NCBI GenBank assembly: GCA_040954595.2
Contig: CM082597.2
Location: forward strand, 912,886-976,885
DNA: 64,000 bases
Direction of reading: 5' to 3'
Origin: Balanoglossus misakiensis
Taxonomy: Eukaryota > Animalia > Hemichordata
The notes under the pieces: model-generated
Seen by the model: only the letters and a program-made list of their open reading frames with translations
Databases searched by the model: none
What the model was told of the DNA's origin: nothing
Shown here: positions 1 through 13,358 of the stretch, in pieces
Position numbering within the stretch: position 1 is the stretch's first letter
Layout of the letters: each line of letters starts with the position of its first letter
Translations under genes and position numbers: made by a program

Positions 1-3000
1 ATCGTTTCCAAGGACACTGGATGGAACGTGGATCCACAAGCATATGTCAAGTCGTAACGAGCTACCAAGAAATATTGCCTCGTCCTTTTCAGAATGCACA
101 GAAAGGGTTCTCTATACGCGTTAAATGAAAACTTTGAGTCGGTTAACGAAGCATTTTATGAAGAACAACCTCGTGAAAGGGACTACTATTTCAGCTCTTT
201 GTGTTTTAATGATGGATCGTAAAATGCTACAAAAGCGGCGAATTGGAATAGTTCCACCTTGGAGCTGAGTTAGTAGAGACTGTCCATGGCGACTTGATTT
301 TATTGTTGGACCAACATCGATAACTCGTGTTGTTGTTGTTTTTTTGTGGAAGACAGTGCTTCAGTTAAGTGAAGCTAAATTGTGTTTTTGATACAAATTC
401 AGTCGATCATAGACACTTGGGGAAATAGTAGGTTGATAAAGAAATCTTTATCGGAAATACGTATAGTTGGGTAAAATTTTATGTCGTCACTTCCGGCCAA
501 CCGGTCAATGTCGTTCGCTGGCACCATTATTAAAGTCTACTATGTAGGTCAAATCTAATTGAATCACAACGCTCAGATTGATCAGGTGAGATTATTAGGA
601 GACACATAGCGTTACTAGCCACAAGAGCGCGCGGCACTTTAATTTTAAGTGAACGCTTACTGGTATACAGTCACACAGAAGCATTGTGAGCCAAAATCAC
701 TTGTCTTCTGTCAAGATCACCCCAAAATGTCCCGTCTTCCTGCTATTAAAGCCCACACAATGAAATATAATAAACTGTTTACGGCGATTTGTAGTTGGGG
801 TAGGTAAGCCATAAATTCTCCGGACACTACACAATAAAGATAAAATCAACCGCTCTGCGCCAGGCGACAACGTTACCGACCAGGTCACTTTGATGTTTTG
901 TCTGCAATGCGTTGGTCGGCAAACCAGCGTTTGCTGGCAAGCCGCCAAATTTAAGGACACAGGAAAATTATGAACTGTAAAAATAACCTCCGCCAACCTT
1001 CGGTCGTAAATTTTAGACTGAAACGCCCTCCTTTGTTGTAAGGAAATGGCTCCTTCTATTTGGCCGTGTCCGACATTATTAGCGGGTCTGTTACTTATGT
1101 ACTACTCCAGTGAATGACGCTAGATCGATCGCACATCGCCTTCGAAATATAGTGACCACCCAGAAAAGAATTAATAATGTCCGGCAAAAGGACACCTGGC
1201 CATAAAATGAAACCGAACGCATCACCTTTCTTTAAGACTTTCCGACTGCGAAAGTATTTTGTCCCTCTTGTGCTAAAAGGCATCGTTTTATATTTTTCGG
1301 GGCGACAGAGAAAACCTCGTGAAACCGCGAAGAAGTTCTACCACTAGAAAATATGAGAAACCATGAGACAACGTACCTCTATCCAAAGGGCACTGTAACT
1401 TTATCCATTTTATAGAACTTGAACAATTCCAGTTTGGTCCAAATGTGTAATTGTACGCACATCAGCCAGACAGATTCTCTGAAAATGAATTAGAAATAAA
1501 TTCCAAAATTTTAAAAAAATAGTTCATATTATCCACTTCAAGCTTTTACTAAATTCGTAGGACCATAGCAACATTCAAGGTGCAAGTAATCGTCTGCATT
1601 TCATAATTTCGTAACAATATAAAGCCTCTTATAACACAACTTAACACGTTCAAGAAGTTATTTTCGAGTAAAAACAACAAACATTTGTAACGCCGAGCTT
1701 ACATCGTTGTGTTACAACTCATTTGCACCCCGTCAATTGATTTCCAATTCACGGTAATTAGCGAAATCGCCTGTAGTTTTTGTTTGGAGATTACGGTCTA
1801 CCCGACCCCCAATTAATTGTTCGCTGTTTTCGAGTTTATTCATCCCGGGGTTATTTTCAGCCCAGGTATAAATAAAAGCGATCCCCAGTCTTTGTTGGTG
1901 CATATGGCTCTCATTAATTACTAGAGTGTCGCATTTTGTAGTGTTACATAGAATCGATTGGGCTGTCGCGATTACAACGCTGGACTAATTGGTCAGACAT
2001 TCCCATCTGCATTACAACCATTAGTCAACAAAAGCCTAGGCTTTCCCACTATTTATATAAATCGATCTGTGGCTTGGCTTGGTGCGATGTGGTGTGGAGT
2101 GGCAACAGATAGAAGTCGTCAGTTGCAGCTTTCAAACTCTGACAAGAGATCGAATTCCGAACAGACAACAATTGTTCGGAATTTCGATTTCGAAATTCCG
2201 AAGACGCCAGTCTTCGACTTTGAATAACTGCCCTCCGGGAAGAAAGCCGGAGTCCGCTATTGACACAACTCTGCAGTAAGATTTCTGTAATTTGCCCGGC
2301 AGTAAAGCATGCACCGTACAAAAGCTTGGAGGTTTCCACGGTGGCCAACCGCCCCGTAAACTGTCAGTTTCCATTACGGTCGTGTACAACATGTGTCAGT
2401 ACCAAAAGATGAGAACCCAATTAAGCTTGTTGGTAATGAGGGTAAGGAAGCTAAGACAATTCGTTTGAAAAATTTGAAAACTTCAGAACGACAACTTTGT
2501 TTAATGGTAACAGGTGTTTTGATACTGTAACTTGCAAAAAAGTGAAATCATTCCATTTTGGAAACCTTAACGGAAAGACAAAGAAAAGAAATGCGAACAG
2601 GTATGGAAACAATTGAGTTAAAAGAGACAAAAACGAATTAGCGTGGTCCAAACAATGTGCTATTGTTCTTTTGCAACGGGTGGAAATTTTAGCTAATGGG
2701 GTATGTAGCAATCGTTATCCAAACAGTTGGGATTTTTACACCATTCTTGTTTGTCGTCCAATTTTTATTCATTCTTCGTGACTAGAACCTCCTTAAGAAA
2801 ATACAACGCAAGAATTCGATAACTGAACGCCAAACATGTTTTACTATTCGCGCCACAAATTAGAGCGGACACACAAACACAAAATTGTTTAGCCGCTCAA
2901 CCAGTCAATTGTGCTTCGGCGTTCTTGCCTACAAGACGTTGGAGATTTGTAAAAACTACGCTAAATTAGCCCCACACAATGAGGGAACATTGGGGTGACC

Positions 3001-6000
3001 TTTGACACGTTACAAGAATGGGTCTCGGCAACAGACAGGCAGAATTGTGAAAGGTAAACGTTTTCGCTTTTTTCAGCTATGTCAAATTTAAAAGTTTTGT
3101 ACACACAATACATATTGAAGTGTTTAATATTCATCACCTTCCAAAACGTAAATTTCCAGTCACAGTTATCGAAAAGTGACAGACAGTCACATCTTGTGAT
3201 AAAAAGCGCTGGGCGTATAACGGGCTCGCTCACCAGTGAACTTTAAAATTTGATCCAGTGTTTGTTTATGACTTTTACACAGAATCCCGTCACTCTTATC
3301 CTTAAAATTATTTTTCCTAACACTACAGAACAAAATAAGGGCATTCATTTTTTGGAAAACTGTATCGAAGTTCAATATCCTTTGCATGAAATCCTGCGTG
3401 CACGATCAAGTTCTTCATATATTGATTTAGAAAATCCGGGTCCGGATATTAAAGCAGGTAACAGTCTGTCCTAATCACCTCAATTCTGGAAGTTCCTTGA
3501 TTGGTTTTCATTCAATTATCGGAAAATGTAGCAAGTCATTCTAACTTCTGGGAAAAAATGATTTTCCCTGAACTGTCAACACCGGCGAAGTTGGCATGTT
3601 TCGGAATAGTATTGTTAACTCCAGCGTTTTACGGCGAAATGCACTGTTTTACGGTAGACATAAAATGGTCCACAAATTTGTTCACGGTAGTCTGCAGTTG
3701 ACCTCGCTAAGTAATAGGAGTCACATTTGGAAGAGATGAAATCATAAATCATTAAACGTTAGGTGAAATATTACAATCGCTATGTATTAGCCGGTAATTC
3801 GTTTGCTTTGTATATTGCCGGTTTCGTATCCGGCGGTGGTACGCCATGTTTCTGCAAGCGGAGATTTCGATAAATGTTTAATGTGAACGAGAAACAGGCG
3901 CGTGTGTAAATTGCATCGGGTATAAATCAGTCTGTTTTGGGGACAATCCGATCGTTTTGGTGAAAACGCACGAACTCAAGAGAGAAAAGATTGACTTGCT
4001 GAAGAACTACAACAAAAGAAGACGGAAAATTAGCAGAACCTGGACAAGCAGCATAATCTCACGTAACTCACGAAACAGGTGTTTTCGTTTGAAATTATGT
4101 CGAGCAAGAGAACCACAAAGCGCGTTTATTTACAGTGAGTAGCTTTCAATCAGATTACATTACGCCTGTCGTACGACCCATAATGTGTGTTTGGAGTGGA
4201 AAATTCCTCGCGTATCGAACTTTATTGTACGCTCTAAAGTGTCGGTTGATTCACCGACGGGAACTTTGAAAGGAATTCAGTAAAACTCACAATTACACGT
4301 AAAAACAGGTGCAGAGAAAACTTCAATTATCAATCTATTGTTCGCTTTTTACAAGTGGTCATCGTGTTGAGTGTTTGCCGCGGAATCTGTGCACCTGAGG
4401 TGAGTATTTACCAAGGCCATATCCTTTTGCATTGTCTCAGTGCAAAAACCGACACTTCATAGTGTCCATTGAACTGTGACCTTGACAAAACACTGCCTCC
4501 TTGTTGACTTTCGAGTTTATTTCATCCCCATCAATGATCCGTGTTACAAAACACTCTGATTTGTAAGAGGGACGCGTTGTTCCGGCCATTTGAGGTGTTA
4601 GATGAAAAATACAGAGGCGACTTGAGACTTTCTGCTATGCAACAGGTGGTCGTCTGTCTATATGCAAATTACAAATGTCAGTAATGGTGGATACTCGCGT
4701 ATTGTGTAATTCGTAAGCATAATGTTCGGTGTTTACCTTTCACTAAGTGATTACAGTAACAGAAACATTTTTTCAGTAAAAGACCTTGCACATAAAAGTA
4801 GCCAAAAACTCCATCCAACCAATGAAGTTGACGTGTACGTTGAATGTTTACTAGACAGAGTCGGATTAACTCCAGTCAACACCCTCACGCTTACGTCTCT
4901 TCGAGAGCTATTAGCATTCTTCAGTGTTGACGGCGTCGTTTATTTGACAAGCAATAACGTACGTGTCCTTATTTTGAGGACTTTACTCACACTCAGCTAC
5001 TTTGCCCGGACTTGTTCAACCGTTCCCCGTCATGCAACTAAGTTACGAAGTTCACCAAAACACAAACCGCATGGATGGAAACGTTTGGCGCCCTCACGGG
5101 GCCCCAAAAACAGCTTCAGTCGCAATAGCCCAGTTTCTGGCCAATTTCTGGTTTTCGTACTATAAATGACACCAGAAGTTCAAGTTCATGTATTTTTATA
5201 CATGATGGTCATACATGTATATTGGATTGAAAAACTTTTGAACAAACGCCTGGCAACCTGTTGTCCAATGTACATGGATAAGCCTAGGTTTAGTCCAATT
5301 GCCGGCAACCCTCGGCCAACCCAGAATGTCCGTGTAGTTTGGATTAATCTAGTTAATCTTATATTTGTGAAACCCCTAGACGCTATACCTGAGACTTTTG
5401 ACCGCGTGTGTGTCACATACCACGTATAGAACCCAACCTCAGCGTTAAAAACTTGTAAAACTTCTGGACCACCGCGCTCGCTGCCCAGAGACGCTCAAGT
5501 GCTTTCCGTGTCACGCCTATCTTGATGTAGGCTCATGACGGGTGCTTTATGGAGTGTACATGAAGTCATAAAAGCAGCCAATAAGTCCATCCACTGATAT
5601 ATTAGTCCAGTTGGCAAGAGAGCGTCCCCGCAGTGCCCTGTGCCTAGACCGAAACAAAGTTTGCATGTACACCACAGATTTCTAGTTCCCACCGACGGAA
5701 ATTATAGACTCGGCCGTGACCGAAACGACTGACAGTGGTATGTAATATTCCATTGTTTTTGTCCGAACGTGTTTTTAAATGTCGTCTGAAACTTTGCTTG
5801 TGTGGTACTGAGTGGGGGCGGGTCACGTCGTTTGGACGCGGTCCGCTAACATTCCTGTACATGCGCGATTCTTCACGCCTTGTGAAGGAACACCTGGTCT
5901 AAACCTCGTCGCTTTGTACACCTGTTTGACCACCCCAGTAACGTCCAATCACTGTAAGATTGTCCTGTTTCAACGGACGAATTGAGGTTTCCCGAATCTA

Positions 6001-9000
6001 TCGAGGCAAATTACATTGAAAGTGATCGGTCCACATTGACGGCAATACTATTCTGATGTCTAGCATAGTTTGAATAAGTTTGCTGGCCCTTCAAACGACC
6101 AATCGATTTTATAGACCAACCGTTCATTCCGCGGAAACACATGATTGAACACTGATTAATATAGTCCCGTTACACTTGTATACACAAGTGACTGTAAAGT
6201 GTACGGAGTCGTGACATCGAAGGGCAAGGCTCTTACGGAAAAGATTGAAAAAACAACGATAAAATCCAACTGAATACGGGAGTGTGGATGTCTCCACCGG
6301 CGAACGACCAAACCAACGGTATCCAAGCGTAGTTCAACACAAACAGCTGTTGACCCACCATGGGTCGCACGACAAGACCTGTAACCCCGACTGAACATCG
6401 GAGACTCTACAGTCAATGAAAAAAGAGAGACGGAGTCATGACAACGACTCAAGTTCGGCGCCATCTTGATTGCACCTCTCATGATGTAAATGATGGGCAA
6501 TTTATAACTCGGAAAATATTGTCAATATGAGTCATATCGTGTGAACTGGTGAAGATATATCTAATACGTTGCACATCCATACCGAGGTATCTCCCCACCA
6601 TCGCGTACTATGATTGTACTACAGATATTCTATAACTGACTTGGTGAAACCCAAGCGTATATTAAAACTTGTGATACAAAAGTATCGACGAATAAACCCT
6701 CGTTAGTACACCAGCACAGATCACAGTTTAGGTGAAGTTCAACGGTAAGCATTCTACTAACTCACTCGGCATGACCATGAGCTTCTAGTGTTTGAACTAT
6801 CAGTTTGTAAATTCAAACTTGACCTTAGTATTGTGAAATATTGAGTGCGTTTAATTGCTCTATAAACAGAGCCATGTGATCGATGTATTGTTAAATCCTA
6901 TCAGATAAACTCAAAATAAGAAATCAATTCTCAACTTCAAACCTCGAGGGGTAAACGGAGGCTGAACTTCAAAATTTCACAAGTGGACGTTTTGTACTTT
7001 TTGGTGTAAATTGGTTTGCACTTTACACTTGGACGTCAACAATGATGGATTAAACCAATTTACATAGGGGTGTTTGGCGTCAACGCGAGGTTGTTTTCTT
7101 TGCGGTTGGCAATGAAGAACAACACGTACCCCGGGGTTGCCTTTACACCTGTGGTCCCTTCGGAGGACTTCAAGTTTCATCTTGACATTAACATAGAGTG
7201 GAGTTGACCAAAAAGTCATTACTCATGATTATCTTGGCGGTGTGTGTTGTCAACAACGCTAGGATGACAGGCTCCCCCTTCGAAATGTTTGGCGACGACC
7301 GTGATGTTGAAGCTCCATATTTTGGTTCCTACCTACGGGTGAATTCGGTTGCGCTTGGGGTCAGAGGTCACGCGGGTATATTAACAATTGGCCATTGCTA
7401 TTGGAATCATATCAATTTAAAATAAGAAACTTTGTAATCCAGTTATATGTTGTTCTAAACACACACTGTAGGGTGACCATGGAGAATACATACTTTATAT
7501 TACATTCAAGTTAAGATGGCATCAATATATAATTGTCCTAGCGTCAAATATCACCTGCTAATGGCTTCAACGGTGCTGTTTCCGTCATACCTTCATATCT
7601 TCCGTGTCGTGGGAGGGAGGGGACAATTCTGTGTTACATTTTGAATGTTATTCTTTTGCAGTTTTCATTTAATATCCTGTAAAATCAGTTAAACGCGGCA
7701 AAAGTACCCAAGGGGCTCTACGTAATGGGGGATACATTATATATAAGTATGTACCTGTATGTACATATTTATATTGTATATCCTGAAAAGCTGCCATGTC
7801 TGGCAAAATTCTTGTCAGAGCAGCTTTTGAGAGATGGACATATGACATAATGTATGCCTATTTGATTGAAATTGCAACGTTGACATGCACAACCCGTGCA
7901 GGTGTTCAATCCCCGTGTCAACAGACGCGTCGATTTATTTGTCTTGTGTGTTCAATAATCACCCATTACCTCAGTGAGTTATAGTCAATTACTTGAGCTT
8001 GTAATATTTACAGTAACAGAAGAGACCTAATCTTACTGCTCCAAAAACTACATAGTCCAGTTCGGTAAATAAAACTATGTAACTCTAGCTAAATGTCGAG
8101 TACAAACACTTGTCTTTCGAAGTAGCATTGGTGTCTACGTGGTGCACCGTCAATGTGTTGGCGATTGCCTCATAAATTATTTTTGACTTTACAAGCCCAT
8201 GGTTCAAGATGCGAAGAGAATGGACAATTTGGACAAATTTACAATTGATCATTGAATTGAGCGTACTATATACCAAAACTGCTTTACCAGTGGTCAAGAG
8301 AGTACATATTAGGAGATTGCAAAGTTTATGCAGTCAACCAAAAATTATAGACAACCGTCAGTGACACTTCATCGTCTCATGGTGTCTCACAATAGACCCG
8401 TCTGTACAGATATGTTATCTTTGACTCGTCCAACATTACACTACAACTCCATACTTCAATTTCATGTTTAACACAGACTTGGATATACAGGAATTGACGC
8501 CACTGGTCTGGCCTTTCCGCATAAAACCTTCAAGCTTTGACAAGCGTTCAATACAGTTGGTATCAAAATGTCAACACCACACGGACACGTATTCACGCGA
8601 CAATTCTCAAAAAACGACCTTCACACGGTAGTCTTGTCTAAGGACTGAAAAATAAACGAGCAAAAAATCGATCGCACAGCCTCTTGTCATTTCATTTTCC
8701 TTGTAGTTAGTGTTCATTAGAATTGTGGCCCGTAAATCTTAAAGAGTAACATATTCTTTTGCCTACTTCTCCCAATGAGCACATTTTGTCGTCTGCCGGA
8801 ATTCTGTGCTGCCCTGATCGGCCTACACATAACGGTCGCGGCCATGTCGATTTACATCGACGTATCTGCTTTACCATGCAACAAACCTAATCAAACCGAC
8901 TTGTAAATCATGCATGACGTGCGCTAAACTAGCGCCAGGGGAAGTCAAAACATATAGAATGTCATAATGTCCCGTCAACTTTATGAGAATAAATTGCAAC

Positions 9001-10546
9001 AGCGGTGACACATTACGACCGTGCGCCAACCACCTAGTGGTACGAAGTCGGCGAAATGACCACATGGTCACGTTAATGGCGAGGGATTTGAGAATTTATA
9101 TGACCACCTGTATTTAGTTTTTAAAATATTTTGGGCAAACTCTGGAAATAATTGACACAAATGGAAACTTAATTCAGTGTAATGGACTTATTTTGGCATG
9201 CTAAGTCCAGCTGGCAAACACCATGACTGAATGGCCGTTTATCGGTGTATCTGTTCTGGCGCGATAAAATTGGCCGAATTCCGCTAGTGGTTGAACGTCC
9301 CTCGGACGTTGCCATCGACGCTATCAGCGAACAGATTTGGTTTTGGAGTGGAATTGTAAGCAGTGTAATGACATGCTGTACACCATGACGCAGGAAATTA
9401 GACAAAGCACGAGCAAGATTTACAAGACGGTACGTTTAGATCTGACTGTTTAGCGGTTTATGACTTGTGGCCGCCATCTTGTGTCGTCATCTTGGTCGTG
9501 CCAACTCATTCTAGACAACCAATTAACATCAGTTTTCATCTGTGAGTTTTCTTCACTCTGTCACTCAGACCTTTACTTCACTCTTAATCAAATAAGTATG
9601 TCATTTTCAAAATAAATTATCCGATAACCGAGTCTATCTGCATCGACGCGGGCATCGGTTGCGATGACAACACTCAAGGATGTGAAGGCGTGTGGAGCTA
9701 CCCTCTTCATCATATACAATGGATCTATTATACTTGACTCATATTACTGTTCTTTGTCTGGTCCGAGTAATATTTATATTGGCAGAGATTTAGATTCTAT
9801 CATTCTACGGACTGAACTGAATTAAACTAGAAAGTCAATTAATCATAAAATGCACATAAACTCAAAAACTTCTCAGGAACGTGTATGCAAGCATAGGTTG
9901 TCACTGATCTCGAACTTACACCTAGCTATCTCACCGTTTAAAGTAAAAATACATGCATACTTGCCCTGTTTGTTAGAACCTCAGAGCTTGCAAAAATCAA
10001 TTCAGAGGACCCATTACTGAAGCAGGGATTAGCACAGTCGCGACAGCGTCCAACAATTGATCTGTAATGATGATCTATAGAAAATCCAGGTCACGCAAAC
10101 CTTCAAATTACTTTTGAAATATTCTAATGACTTGCTAAACACAAAGCTATCGAATTCGACATCGTAAAAACAGGGATTAAAAATAAATAATATTCAGATA
10201 AACTCTACATTTAGTCCAGGCGCTATCTTGCCGTGTTGGGGGAGCTTAAGTGTGATTAATTAAGTACCATTAAAGTCAATTACTGCAATCCTCTTAATCC
10301 TCGGAGGGCAGAAAACAGATTAAGCACGAATTAGCCGATACATGAGATCGATCGACCATTACTGGACGCTTAATGAGCAAATGATACTGGGTTGTCACCA
10401 TGCGGTCTGCCAATTCTCCGTCAACTTGGTGAGGTCTCATATTCGGTAGTCAGTAAGCTTTCCTTGTACAAAAACAAATATTGTTGCTTGTAAGAAGCTT
10501 TTAATGATATAATTCCTTTCTCTTTCCTCGACAGAATTAAACCAAA

Positions 10547-10779
10547 ATGGAACTGAACTTAAACCTAACACTGGAACCAAACACGAGCGCACTTATTCAC
10601 AATAACCAAATGACAACAGTGGCCGATATATTCTCCAAAACGCCAAGCCAAACAACAATATCCATGGAAACTAGGACAATATCTCTCGGATTGTTTATTG
10701 CCATTTGTGTTCTGTCAACTCTCGGAGTTGCTATGGCGACGGGGTTACTGGTCTTCAACTTACTTCATAAAAATGACAG
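10547..10779 (+). CDS. GPR156: GPR156-like / GABA-B-family class C GPCR, coding exon 1 (short N-terminus + TM1)
   Basis: Polypyrimidine acceptor (tctttcctcgacag) ends at 10534. In-frame TAA at 10538 precedes ATG 10547. Encodes MELNLNLT...LGLFIAICVLSTLGVAMATGLLVFNLLHKND. Donor GT at 10780, phase 2. Confidence 0.8.
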
Positions 10780-10928
10780 GTATACTGATTATTTTTTATT
10801 AATAACAGTAAAAAGTCAGAACTTCCCTTTTTGAGTTTCACACCATGTTTGATTTAGTGAGATATTGAATATGTCTCGAAGCACAAGACCAGTTCTCGCG
10901 TGATGATCAAGTATTCTTTATTTTTCAG

Positions 10929-11064
10929 ATTAATTAAGATGTCAAGCCCGAATATCAACGTCTTGATTACGCTTGGGGGTGCTCTACTATTCTTCTGTGC
11001 CGTTCTCTTTGGTTTGGATTACGGAATAACTGGAGATGCCGATCTAGCGACAATCTTCTGTCAG
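10929..11064 (+). CDS. GPR156: GPR156-like exon 2 (ICL1, TM2)
   Basis: Acceptor tttttcag, donor gtaagc. Encodes RLIKMSSPNINVLITLGGALLF..., the IKMSSPN signature of GABA-B-type 7TM domains. Phase matches exon 1. Confidence 0.9.
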
Positions 11065-11374
11065 GTAAGCACGATAGTTTAAAATTAAACGTATCCTTGT
11101 CATCTATATCATGTCCTACGAGACAGTCAAATGTTGGATTAGATCGTAACTATCACAAGATACGCAGGTGTTCTTAGGCTACCAGTAATGAAGCATTGTA
11201 AGTTTGAAACGCAAAGAAGTTGATATAAAGACTACCAATGCTTTGTCATACCCTCCAGTGCTACATATAGGCTGTAGTCAATGCAACTGGCAAAATGACC
11301 TTTGACCCAACTAAAACAGCAACACAAACGTCACAACGGACTGTGTACAGGCGTATTTCACACTCGTAAACACT

Positions 11375-11511
11375 GTTTCCCCTGGCAACCACCTTCTCGA
11401 CCAGGCTAACGTGCTGCTTTAGCAAATATGGTTCGGTATTACTCGCTTATAATTTTGGGTGGATTAAGTAGTTTCGCTGTGGGTCACAAATCAAAACGTT
11501 GCTATGGTAAT
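11375..11511. promoter_or_regulatory. Two RFX X-box-like motifs in GPR156-like intron 2
   Basis: GTTTCCCCTGGCAAC (11375) and GTTGCTATGGTAAT (11498). Confidence 0.4.
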
Positions 11512-11573
11512 GCATGGCACCGAATGAAAACGTGATGGTACTATAAAACAATCCTCAATATGTTTACTTCTAG

Positions 11574-11681
11574 ACAAGGACATGGTTAATAGTGGTCGCC
11601 TTTACACTGGTATATGGTTCAATGTTCAGCAAGACGTGGCGAGTGTATAGAATATTCACAAGGGCACCAATAAAGAGAACG
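11574..11681 (+). CDS. GPR156: GPR156-like exon 3 (TM3)
   Basis: Acceptor cttctag, donor gtaaga. Encodes TRTWLIVVAFTLVYGSMFSKTWRVYRIFT (GABA-B KTWRV motif). 108 nt, phase 0/0. Confidence 0.9.
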
Positions 11682-11866
11682 GTAAGAAATATTATGAGGT
11701 AGTCCTGCCAAATTTCTGGGGAACTAGTTTTGGACATGACATATTAATCCTAACACACAAAAATGTACCAGGGTTTGAAACTCAAAATAGCCAGCCATGT
11801 GTGGTAGAATACAATGTCGCGATCAAGTGGTAATTTATTTTTCATTTTATTGTGCCCTCCTTGTAG

Positions 11867-11992
11867 GTAATCCGTGATGATAAATTATTGCTGATGGTGT
11901 TTGTACTCATCGTGGTCGACATTGCCATACTCGCTTTCTGGCAGGGTTTTGATCCTCTCAAATGTGGACAGTACTATGCTGACGTCAACCCG
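11867..11992 (+). CDS. GPR156: GPR156-like exon 4 (TM4)
   Basis: Acceptor ccttgtag, donor gtgagt. Encodes VIRDDKLLLMVFVLIVVDIAILAFWQGFDPL. 126 nt, phase 0/0. Confidence 0.9.
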
Positions 11993-12163
11993 GTGAGTGT
12001 TTGAGCGTGTTTCCTCCAATGAGTTATAGCACATTTCTGACCCCTGCGCCAGTCACATAACTAAACCCGAAAGGCCATAGCCAGGCGCAGATTGACGGTG
12101 AAATGGAAGATGAAATCGTTAAAGAGCTTACTGCTTACATCAAATTTGTCTTTCTGGTTTCAG

Positions 12164-12511
12164 GGGCCGCGGAAATATGAGGATCCACCGTCGGCGCCAG
12201 ACGAGATGATTATAATCCAACTCTGCGAATCTGAATACAACGCGATCTGGTTGGCAATAATTTACTTCTACAAAGCCGGTTTGCTGCTTTTCGGTTCCTA
12301 TCTCGCTTGGGCAACCAGGAATGTCACCCTACCCTCTATGAATGACGCCAAGAGTATCGTCGTTAGCATTTACACCTGCGTCATATTGGCTGCCATAGCA
12401 ACGGGTCTGTCGGCAATACTGGTCACCTGGCCAAACGCCTGGTACGCATGTGTATCGGGTGCCATCCTTGTGTGCACAACGCAAGTGTTGTTGATGCAGA
12501 ATATCCCAAAG
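12164..12511 (+). CDS. GPR156: GPR156-like exon 5 (ECL2, TM5-7)
   Basis: Acceptor tttcag, donor gttagt. Encodes CESEYNAIWLAIIYFYKAGLLLFGSYLAWATRNVTLPSMNDAKSI...IPK, matching GABA-B TM5-7 motifs (YKxxLLxxG, TRxVxxPxxND, PK). 348 nt. Confidence 0.92.
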
Positions 12512-12731
12512 GTTAGTTCGAATACACTGAAGTAATGAACTCACCAACCCATCTATCCCTACCTCACTAATGACTGACTGACTAAATTGCATGATCACAA
12601 CTGAAATGTCAATATATTTTCCTTGGTGAACGGTGCTAATTACGGCTATTTTAGTCTTCGAATAATTATCGCCATTTATGCAAATAGTATTGATCTCCTG
12701 AGTGACTGACTAACCGTTATGGAAATTTCAG

Positions 12732-12887
12732 ATCTACGCCTGGAAAAACACCTCGTCTGCAGACCTGTCAAAATCGATTACGTCATCGTATTTAGCCTCG
12801 TCTCAGAACAGCTCGGTCGACAGAATTGAAGAGGAGTACTACATGTTGTCGGCAGAGAATACACAACTCAAGAAATCCTTAGCTGAG
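12732..12887 (+). CDS. GPR156: GPR156-like exon 6 (C-tail, start of coiled coil)
   Basis: Acceptor tttcag, donor gtcagt. Encodes IYAWK...RIEEEYYMLSAENTQLKKSLAE. 156 nt, phase 0/0. Confidence 0.85.
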
Positions 12888-13358
12888 GTCAGTTTGGCCA
12901 TCGTTTGAATGAACTAACAGGTTGGTGGAGGGTATGAAATAGTGCCCTCATGTGAGTAGAACTCGTTACAGCTTGTTGAATTTGGCGCCCGCAAGGGAAT
13001 GCGGAAATACTGTGGGAGTGGCCTGGTCTCTTGGTAAAGCTATCTCGTTCTGACAGTCAAGAGATGAGAAACACTCCTTGTGAACCCAATCGTCACGCGC
13101 AAGTCACAAGATGTTCTTCACGTGGACCTAAGTGCTATAAAACTCGCCTCTCCACTGCTAGTCACATGTGCAAGCGAAAGGCACAAGTGAAGAACCTCGA
13201 CTAATGCTTTTTTGGCCTTGGTCAGTTTTAAACAAATGTTTGATTTTGATCCTTCCGAATGGTATATCAATATTCTCCAGCATCTTGATTACTTATTCAC
13301 AGAATTATTTAAATGTTGGACTAGTTTAAATTGTATGGCGTAACTTTTTGTTTTACAG

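Noticed and set aside
13011-13240. Possible tRNA-derived SINE-like insert in GPCR intron 6
   Set aside because: Only a vague A-box-like start, with no clear B box, target-site duplication or second copy in the window.
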